Source: the human T2T-CHM13v2.0 reference genome, Homo sapiens. Taken from it: 64,000 nt of DNA. Of this stretch, positions 54,447 to 64,000 are shown one piece after another. A program made the position numbers and the translations under genes. Where the stretch lies: the NCBI RefSeq assembly GCF_009914755.1, contig NC_060942.1; one strand, given 5' to 3'. Under the pieces are notes generated by a model. It did no database searches and was not told the origin of the DNA. It saw only the letters and a list, made by a program, of their open reading frames with translations. Position 1 is the stretch's first letter. Each line of letters opens with the position of its first letter.

Positions 54447-54984
54447 CTACTCTTAGTTGAATTTTTTAAAAAATGATTAGATTTGAATTAAGAACTGCCC
54501 TACTGTAGAGCTCATTTTATTGAAGAAAAAAAAGTAAATATTTGTTCATGAGAGTCTCAAAGGTGCAGTCAATCACACTTTGAATAAATTAACTTAAAAC
54601 CAATTTCTTCCTGATGAGAATTATGGAGCAGCATGAAAACATGGAAGCATAAGCTTTCTTAGCCTCCTGATTTTTCTTAAGGTGGCTTTACTGATATAAA
54701 AAGCCCCATGGTTGAGTTGACTTCGCCTGAGTGGGAATGTGAGTGGAAAAGGAGGAGCTTTTCATTTAAGGGGGAGCGTAAAGTTCAAGACTGGGGGTAC
54801 TCAGAAGGGAAGGTCATTTTCTGGCTGAAACCCTTATTGCTGATGATTGCAAGAGGGAGTGAGACATTCTACTAGAAGCGTCTACTGCACACTCAGCAGT
54901 TGAAGTTCTCAAGATAGCCATCAGATGGCAGCCTCAGCCAAATTTCTGAAGTAAATTTGCTCTCCGGATCAGAATTTTGCAGCT

Positions 54985-55120
54985 GGGAGATATTACAGAT
55001 CCTATAGTCCAGCCCCTTTATTTCCCAGCCAAGGAACTCTAGCCAGAGTGAAGTCAAGTCTTGCTTAAAGCCACATATCAAGTCAGTAGCAGAACTAGGG
55101 TTCTTACTATCTCCCAACAA
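54985..55120 (-). mobile_element. MIR remnant
   Basis: ATAGTCCAGCCCCTTTATTT...CTTGCTTAAAGCCACA...AGCAGAACTAGG. Confidence 0.6.
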
Positions 55121-55426
55121 GGAATCCAATAATCTCCCTATGATCGTGATCTGAAAGAAGCGTTCCCTCACCCCAAAAAGAAACAAAGTAAGGTATAGAA
55201 AAAATAAAAAGAGCCTTTTGAGTGCTCAGACAGCTGTTTGAGGTTGAGTACAAAGTCTTACAGGCTAAAACTTGAGCCTTGAGCAGATTTTTGGTCAACT
55301 GTCAGGCAGTCAAGTTAACTGAGGACCCATTTGCTCTCCAAAAAAAAAAAAAAAAAGGGGTGTGTAGGAGGAGATGGGAGAGGTAGGAAGGGGTGGGTCA
55401 GGGATAGAAGAAAACCAAGGAGAGGT

Positions 55427-55712
55427 CGGCCGCAGTCACGCACGCCTGTAATCCCAGCACTATGGGAGGCCGAGGCGGGCGGATCAATTAAGGTCAGGAG
55501 TTCGAGACCAGCCTGGCCAACATGGTGAAAGCCCAACTCTACTAAAACACAAAAAAAATTACCAGGCGTGATGGCGGGCGCCTGTAATCCCAGCTACTCA
55601 GGAGGCTGCAGTGAGCGAAGATCGCGCTACTGCACTACAGCCTGGACGACAGAGCGAGATTTCCTCTCTCAAATACAAACAAACAAAACAACAACAACAA
55701 TAACAAAAGCAA
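55427..55712 (+). mobile_element. AluS with right-arm deletion
   Basis: CTACTCAGGAGG joins directly to CTGCAGTGAGC, skipping the usual intervening segment. Confidence 0.9.
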
Positions 55713-55766
55713 AGAGAGACCCCTGGAGGAGATGAGCTTTGATTGAAGAATAGAAAGCTGCAATGA

Positions 55767-56226
<460 letters not shown>

Positions 56227-56784
56227 TCACACTTGCTCCTCACAGGAGCTCCAGCCTCAGCCCCACCATTCACTGAACTCTCAGTGACCAAAAAGCGTCT
56301 CTAGCCAGTCTTTGACATTAGAGTTCTTTTAAGTAATTATTCTCTTTCCCAACAGAGCTGGCATTTTAGGCTTGTCTCTAATTTTGGATAAAAAGGCATT
56401 GTCCACATCAAGCAATAGTATAGAGGTCAATAGTATGAACTTCAACGCTGTGAAGGTCAGCTGTTTAGAGCAGAGGATCTCTGTTACTAAGAAGACAAAT
56501 GGAAAACAAGATGGATGAGTGAGTCTTGTGGATGAGCCTTGAAGGTAGAAAAGGCAATGAGGCTTGAAATTGCAGAATTTTGTGGATGTATTTGTCACTG
56601 CACTTAGGCCAGTGGACACGCAATATCTGTTAGCTAATCAATGCATCTTTATTGATTCTAAATAGGCTGAACTGGTAAGGGAGCAACATGATGAAAATGG
56701 TATTTAGGAAAAGTTTTCCAATGTGAGTACCTGCCTGCAATGTGTGTAAACAGCAAGAGCCTGGTGGGAAGACTAGTTTTGTCT

Positions 56785-58665
56785 CGTTTTTAACAGCTTT
56801 ATTGAGATATAATTTACATACCCACGATTCACCCAAAGTGCACCATCCAATGGCTTTCAGTGTGTTCACAGATATGTGCAACCATCACCGCAGTCCATTT
56901 TGGAACACTTTAATCACTTCAAGAAGAAACTTCATACTTTGTACTTCCTATCCCCTCTGTGTCCCCATGTCCCTGTATCCCATCATGAAGCAACCACAAA
57001 TCTTTCTGTTTCTATAGATTTCCCTATTCTGGACTTTCATATGAATTTCCATTCATATAGTATATGGTTTTTGGTGACTGGCTCCTTTCATTTAACAAAA
57101 TGTTTTCAAAGTCTACACATGTTGTAGCATGTATCAGTACTCATTCCTTTTCATGGCAGAATAATATTCCGTCATATGGATACACCACATTTTATCAGGT
57201 CATGTGCTGATGAACATTGAGTTGTTCCCATCTTTTGGCTATTGTGAATAATGCTATTATAAACATTCATGTGCAAGTTTCTGTATGGTCATACAGTTTT
57301 CATTTCTCTTGGGTGTATCTTACCTGGGAGTGGAGTTGCTGGGTCATGTGGTAATTCTGTGTTACTCATTGGAAGAACTGCCAGAATGTTTTCCAAGGTG
57401 GCTGGCCCATTTTATATTACCATCAACAGTATATGAGGGTTCCAATTTTCCACAGTCTCACCAACACTTCTTGCTACCTGACTTTTTAATTCTAGCCATC
57501 CTAATGCATGTGACATGGTATCTCACTGTTGTTTTGTTTTGCATTTCTCTGGTGACTAATTATGTCAAGTATTTTTTTCATGTGCTTATTGGTCATTTAT
57601 AGATCTTCTTTGAGAAATATCTCTACAGGTCCTTTGCCCATTATAAAATCGGGTTACTGATCTTTTTATTATTGAGTTGCAAGTGTTATTTATATGTGCT
57701 AGAAATGAGTTCCTTATCTGATATATGATTTGCAAATACTTTCATCCATTCTGTGGGTTGTCTTTTCACTTTGTTTATGGTGTCCTCTGAAGCACACATG
57801 TGTGAAATTTCAATGAAATGATTTTATCAATTTTTTCTTTTGTTGCTTTTTTTTGTATCATATTTAAGACTTTTTTGCCATAATCCATGATCATGAAAAA
57901 ATTTACCCCTATGTCTTCTTCTAAGAGTTTTATAGTTTTTACTCTTACATTTAGGTAGTTGATCTATTTTGAGTTAATTTTTGTATGTGATGTGAGGTAA
58001 GGGTCCAGCTTCATTCTTTTCATGTGTATATCCAGTTGTTCCAATTGAAAAGACCATTGTTTCCTCACTGAATGGCACTGGCACCCTTTTTGAAAATCAA
58101 TTGGCCACAGATGTTTGGGCTTACGTATGGATTCTATTCTTTCAATTGATCTATATGACAGTTCTTACACCAGTATCACACTATCTTGATTACTATTGCT
58201 TTGTAGTAAGTTTTGAAATCAGGCACTGTGAATCCTCTTGATTCTTTTTCAGAATTATTTTTAGCTATGCTGGGTTCCTTAAAATTCCACATAGAATTTA
58301 GAATCAGCTCATCAATTTGTACAGGGAAGTCAGCTGGGATTCTAATAGGGATCATGTTGAACCTGCAGATCAGTTTAGGACTATCAATCTCCTAACCATG
58401 TTGTCTTCTGATCCTTGCACATGGGATGTTTGTCTATTTATTTAGATCTTTTACTTCTTTCAACAAAGTTTTGTAGTTCACAGTGTTAAGTTTTGAACTT
58501 TTTGTTAAATGTATTCCTATTCTCTTCTTTTTGGTGTTATTGTGGTTGGAATTGTTTCCCTTATTTCGTTTTGGATTGCTCATTGCAATTACATAGAAAT
58601 GCAATTCAATTTTGGATATTGATCTTGTATCCTGTAACCTAGCTGAACTCATTTATTTGTTCTAA
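56785..58665 (-). mobile_element. Old L1M (L1MB-like) 3' portion
   Basis: TTTTTAACAGCTTTATTGAGATATAATTTACATACC start, then antisense L1 3'UTR/ORF2 text. Confidence 0.85.
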
Positions 58666-58983
58666 AGTTCAAAGCCTCAAAGTGAAAAAGTACATGGTGG
58701 CCCAGTGAAAATCACAGTGCACTGATGTCATTTGAACAGAGAGTGAGGAGAGAAAGAAGGTAGAGTATGAATGCCAGTCACAAGCCTGGAAAGATAGATG
58801 AGGTCAAATTCACATGTCATACTCAGGAGCTTCGCTCTTCTTCCATAGGCCGTAAGAAATTGTTTTTAAGCAGCGGAATTGTTTGAGACAACTAATTCTG
58901 ACCACAGTGGGAAAGACAGATTGAAAGGATTGAGGAATAAGGAGAACAATATGGAGGCTGTATTTTTATAGCTCCAAAGCTTA

Positions 58984-59348
<365 letters not shown>

Positions 59349-59712
59349 GTGGGGTGGGGGGCTCAATTAATTAATAAAGAAATACCATAAAATTGGCCTA
59401 GATGCAGGAAGTGCCACCATAACAGAAGCACTGCATGCCACGGGAGGCCATGCAGCATGAGTGAGATGATAAAGCCCCCAAATGGGAAACTGGCAGGGAG
59501 AGGAAAAGCAGAGGTAGGTGAATACAAGACATTCTGAAGTAAAATCAATGGGGCTAAGTACTTGACTGCGTTTAAGGGTTGAAAGAAAGGACTTGGATTT
59601 AGGTATGGTTGATAGTGACCCTAAAAATTAGGATCAAAACAGAGCCTGGGTAGTAGTCCAGAGCTAGTATGGTGCTCCACAGTGTCATGAACCTGGATCT
59701 GGATCTCTCTCT

Positions 59713-60012
59713 TTTTTTTTTTTTTTGACAGTCTTGCTCTGTCGCCTAGGCTGGAGTGCAGTGGCGCCATCTCAGCTCACTGCAACCTTGCAACCTCTGC
59801 CTCCTGGGTTTAAGCAATTCTCCTGCCTCAGCCTCCCGAGTAGCTGGGATTACAGGCATGCACCACTACGCCCGGCTAATTTTTGTATTTTTAGTAGAGA
59901 TGGGGTTTCACAGTGTCGACCAGGCTGATCTTAAACTCCTGACCTCAGGTGATCCATTCACCTTGGCCTCCCAAAGTGCTAGGATTACAGGTATGAGCCA
60001 CCGTGCCCAGCC
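59713..60012 (-). mobile_element. AluS SINE
   Basis: Reverse dimer with a short TGCAACCT duplication. Confidence 0.93.
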
Positions 60013-60017
60013 TATCT

Positions 60018-60318
60018 CTTCTTCTTCTTCTTCTTCTTTTTTTTTTTTTTTGAGACAGAGCCTCATTCTGTCGCCTAGGCTAGAATGCAGTGGTGCAACT
60101 TCTGCCTCCCAGGTTCAAGCGATTCTCCTGCCTCAGCCTTCCAAGTAGCTGGGATTACAGGCGTCCTCCACCACACCTGGCTAATTTTTGTGTTTTTAGT
60201 AGAGATGGGATTTCACCATCTTGGCCAGGCTAGTCTCAAACTCCTGACCTCAAGTGGTCTGCCCACTTCGGCCTCCCAAATTGCTGGGATTACAGGCGTG
60301 AGCCACTGCACCCAGCCA
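60018..60318 (-). mobile_element. AluS SINE, tandem with the previous one
   Basis: Reverse dimer; ACCTGGATCT flanks the pair. Confidence 0.92.
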
Positions 60319-60465
60319 GGGACCTGGATCTCTTCTATGCTGTTGCTCAACATCCTCACTGTGTGGCTTCATGGCATGGGCCAAGATGGCTGCCCCAGCA
60401 CCTGCATCACACCTGCCTCAGAGCCAACAGACTGCAGTTGGGGGGTGGGGGCAAAAGAAGGGTTT

Positions 60466-61972
60466 CTCCCTCTCCCCCTCCCCCTCCCACTCCCCCTCCG
60501 CCTCCCGCTCCCCCTCCCACTCCCGCTCCCTCTTTGCATGGTCTCCCTCTGATGCTGAGCCAAGGCTGGACTGTACTGCCGCCATCTCGACTCACTGCAA
60601 CCTCCCTGCCTGATTCTCCTGCCTCAGCCTGCCGAGTGCCTGGGATTGCAGGCGCGCGCCGCCACGCCTGACTGGTTTTCGTATTTTTTGGTGGAGAGGG
60701 GGTTACGCCGTGTTGGCCGGGCTGGTCTCCAGCTCCTGACCGCGAGTGATCTGCCAGCCTCTGCCTCCTGAGGTGCCGGGATTGCAGACTGAGTCTCGCT
60801 CACTCAGTGCTCAATGTTGCCCAGGCTGGAGTGCAGGGGGCATGATCTCGGCTCGCTACAACCTCCACCTCCCAGCCGCCTGCCTTGGCCTCCCAAAGTG
60901 CCGAGATTGCAGCCTCTGCCCGGCTGCCACCCCATCTAGGAAGTGAGGAGCGTCTCTGCCTGGCCACCCATCATCTGGGATGTGAGGAGCCCCTCTGCCC
61001 AGCCACCCAGTCTGGGAAGTGAGGAGCGCCTCTTCCCGGCCATCATCCCGTCTAGGAAGTGAGGAGCGTCTCTGCCCGGCTGCCCATCGTCTGGGATGTG
61101 GGGAGTGCCTCTGCCCCGCTGCCCCGTCTGAGACGTGAAGAGCGCCTCTGCCCGGCCGCGACCCCGTCTGGGAACTGAGGAGTGTCTCTGCCCCGCTGCC
61201 ACCCCGTCTGGGAGGTGAGGAGCATCCCTGACCGGCCGCCCCATCTGAGAAGTGAGGAGCCCCTCCGCCTGGCAGCCGCCTGTCTGGGAAGTGAGGAGCG
61301 TCTCCGCCCAGCAGCCGCCCGGTGGGGGAGGTGGGGGGCAGCCCCCGCCCGGCCAGCTGCCCCGTCCGGGAGGTGGGGGGCAGCCCCCGCCTGGCCAGCT
61401 GCCCCGTCTGGGAAGGGAGGAGCCCCTCTGCCCGGCCGCCACCCCGTCTGGGAGGTGTACCCAACAGCTCATTGAGAACGGGCCATGATGATGATGGCGG
61501 TTTTGTCCAATAGAAAAGGGGGAAATGTGGGGAAAAGAAAGAGAGATCAGATTGTTACTGTGTCTGTGTAGAAAGAAGTAGACATAGGAGACTCCATTTT
61601 GTTCTGTACTAAGAAAAATTCTTCTGCCTTGGGATGCTGTTAATCTATAACCTTACCCCAACCCCCTGCTCTCTGAAACATCTGCTGTGTCCACTAAGGG
61701 TTAAATGGATTAAGGGCAGTGCAAGATGTGCTTTGTTAAACAGATGCTTGAAGGCAGCGTACTCCTTAAGAGTCATCACCACTCCCTAATCTCAAGTACC
61801 CAGGGACACAAACACTGCGGAAGGCGGCAGGGCCCTCTGCCTAGGAAAACCAGAGACCTTTGTTCACATGTTTATCTGCTGACCTTCCCTCCACTATTGT
61901 CCTATGACCCTGCCAAATCCCCCTCTCCGAGAAACACCCAAGAATGATCAATAAATACTAAAAAAAATTAAA
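60466..61972 (+). mobile_element. Full-length SVA retrotransposon (older B/C-like subfamily)
   Basis: CCCTCT-like head, antisense Alu-like domain, GC-rich VNTR (~60905-61460), SINE-R, AATAAA and A tail; TSD AAA(A/G)GAAGGGTTT at 60453 and 61973. Confidence 0.97.
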
Positions 61973-62444
61973 AAAGGAAGGGTTTTCCCTTACATAACAT
62001 AGGTCATTATTTAATCACATCTAATGAAAAGGGAGTCTGGGAGATGTCTTTATTCAAGACATCCAAGTGATCAGCTAAAATTTGGAAGATATATGGCTGA
62101 GAAATAAGGTAGAAAGGAAATTGGGATATAACTTTCCTCCAGGGGTTAAGAATTACTCTAAAAAAAGAATTATTCTCAGGTGGATCCAAGATGGCAGAAT
62201 AGGAACAGCTCCAGTCTACAGCTCCCAGCTTGAGTGACCCAGAAGACGAATGATTTCTGCATTTCCAACTGAGGTACCAGGTTCATCTCACTGGGGATTG
62301 TCAGACAGTGGGTGCAGGACAGTGGGTGCAGCACACCAAGCATGAGCTAAAGCAAGGCGAGGCATCGCCTCACCCAAGAAGCGCAAGGGGCCAGGGAATT
62401 CCCTTTCCTAGCCAAGGAAAGGGTGACAGACGGCACCTGGAAAA

Positions 62445-62627
62445 TCAGGTCACTCCCACCCTAATACTGCGCTTTTCTGACAGTCTTAGCAAATGGCACA
62501 CCAGGAGATTATATCCCGTGCCTGGCTTGGAGGGTCCTATGCCCACAGAGCCTCGCTCATTGCTAGCACAGCAGTCTGAGATCAAACTGCAAGGCAGCAG
62601 CGAGGCTGGGGGAGGGGCGCCCGCCAT
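62445..62627 (-). pseudogene. L1 ORF0 (antisense), open for 60 codons
   Basis: MAGAPPPASLLPCSLISDCCASNERGSVG...IRVGVT-stop matches primate L1 ORF0 (normally 71 aa). Confidence 0.8.
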
Positions 62628-63202
62628 TGCTGAGGCTTGAGTAGATAAACAAAGCAGCCGGGAAGCTGGAACTGGGCGGAGCCCACCGCAGCTCAAGGAG
62701 GTCTGCCTGCCTCTGTAGACTCCACCTCTGAGAGCAGGGAATAGCCAAACAAAAGGCAGCAGAAACCTCTGCAGACTTAACTGTCCCTGTCTGACAGCTT
62801 GGAAGACAGTAGTGGTTCTCCCAGCACGCAGCTTGAGATCTGAGAATGGACAGACTGCCTCCTCAAGTGGGTCCCTGACCCCTGAGTAGCCTAACTGGGA
62901 GGCATCCCCCAGTAGGGGCAGACTGACACCTCACACAGCCGGGTACTCCCCTGAGACAAAACTTTCAGAGGAACGATCAGGCAGCAACATTTGCTGTTCA
63001 CCAATATTCACTGTTCTGCAGCCTCTGCTGCTGATACCCAAGCAAACAGGGTCTGGAGTGGACTTCCAGCAAACTCCAAAAGACCTGCAGCTGAGGGTCC
63101 TGACTGTCAGAAGCAAAACTAACAAACAGAAAGGACATCCACGCCAAAACCCCACCTGTACGTCACCATCATCAAAGACCAAAGGTAGATAAAACCACAA
63201 AG

Positions 63203-64000
63203 ATGGGGAAAAAACAGAGCAGAAAAACTGAAAATTCTAAAAATCAGAGCACCTCTCCTCCTCCAAAGGAACACAACTCCTCACCAGCAACGGAACAAAC
63301 CTGGACGGAGAATGACTTTGATGAGTTGAGAGAAGAAGGCTTCAGACGATCAAACTACTCCGAGCTAAAGGAGGAAGTTTGAACCCATGGCAAAGAAGTT
63401 AAAAACCTTGAAAAAAGATTAGACAAATGGCTAACTAAAATAACCAATGCAGAGAAGTCCTTAAAGGACCTGATGGAGGTGAAAACCACGGCATGAGAAC
63501 TACATGACGAATGCACAAGCCTCAGTAGCCGATTTGATCAACTGGAAGAAAGGGTATCAGTGATGGAAGATCAAATGAATGAAATGAAGCAAGAAGAGAA
63601 GTTTAGAGAAAAAAGAATAAAAAGAAATGAACAAAGCCTCCAAGAAATATGGGACTATGTGAAAAGACCAAATCTACGTCTGATTGGTGTACCTGAAAGT
63701 GATGGGGAGAATGGAACCAAGTTGGGAAACACTCTGTAGGATATTATCCAGGAGAACTTCCCCAATCTAGTAAGGCAGGCCAACATTCAAATTCAGGAAA
63801 TACAGAGAACACCACAAAGATACTCCTCGAGAAGAGCAACTCCAAGACACATAATTGTCAGATTCACCAAAGTTGAAATGAAGGAAAAAATGTTAAGGGC
63901 AGCCAGAGAGAAAGGTCGGGCTACCCACAAAGGGAAGCCCATCAGAATAACAGCTGATCTCTCGGCAGAAACTCTACAAGCCAGAAGAGAATGGGGGCCA
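63203..64000 (+). pseudogene. L1 ORF1p, inactivated
   Basis: MGKKQSRKTENSKNQS...; in-frame stops TGA 63380, TGA 63494, TAG 63737. Confidence 0.92.

Larger units (their letters stand above)
62179..64000 (+). mobile_element. L1PA (PA4-6-like) 5' end: 5'UTR and disrupted ORF1, runs off window
   Basis: CAAGATGGC YY1-site start, ~1.02-kb 5'UTR, ORF1 ATG at 63203. Confidence 0.95.

Noticed and set aside
60856-61513. 178-202 aa ORFs in the SVA
   Set aside because: GC-rich VNTR translations; SVA is non-coding.

Overview
Primate genomic DNA, almost certainly human, recognisable as the gastrin-releasing peptide (GRP) locus (18q21.3 from prior knowledge). The only real protein-coding gene is GRP on the + strand: a CpG-island/TATA/CRE promoter, three coding exons (25528-25666, 30754-30996, 35658-35722; 447 nt, 148-aa prepro-GRP), alternative splice sites at both ends of intron 2, and an AATAAA at 35999. 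The rest is mostly transposable elements: about 20 Alu/FLAM/FAM copies, MIR, L2 and CR1 relics, a two-LTR non-coding MER61-like provirus with a tRNA-Lys primer-binding site, solo LTRs, old and young L1 pieces, a full-length SVA, and the 5' end of a dead L1PA. Almost all other ORFs in the track are repeat-derived noise. I found no convincing new protein-coding system. The most unusual structures are a three-piece locally templated insertion at ~50.4 kb, a 1.6-kb self-complementary AT-rich array with a 19-copy VNTR 3 kb downstream of GRP, possible extra splice combinations in dual-frame exon 3, an L1 antisense-promoter/ORF0 unit pointing back through an SVA toward GRP, and an orphan A40 tract splitting a perfect 20-bp palindrome. 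Repeat subfamily names come from memory of consensus sequences, boundaries were read by eye, and novelty could not be checked against databases.
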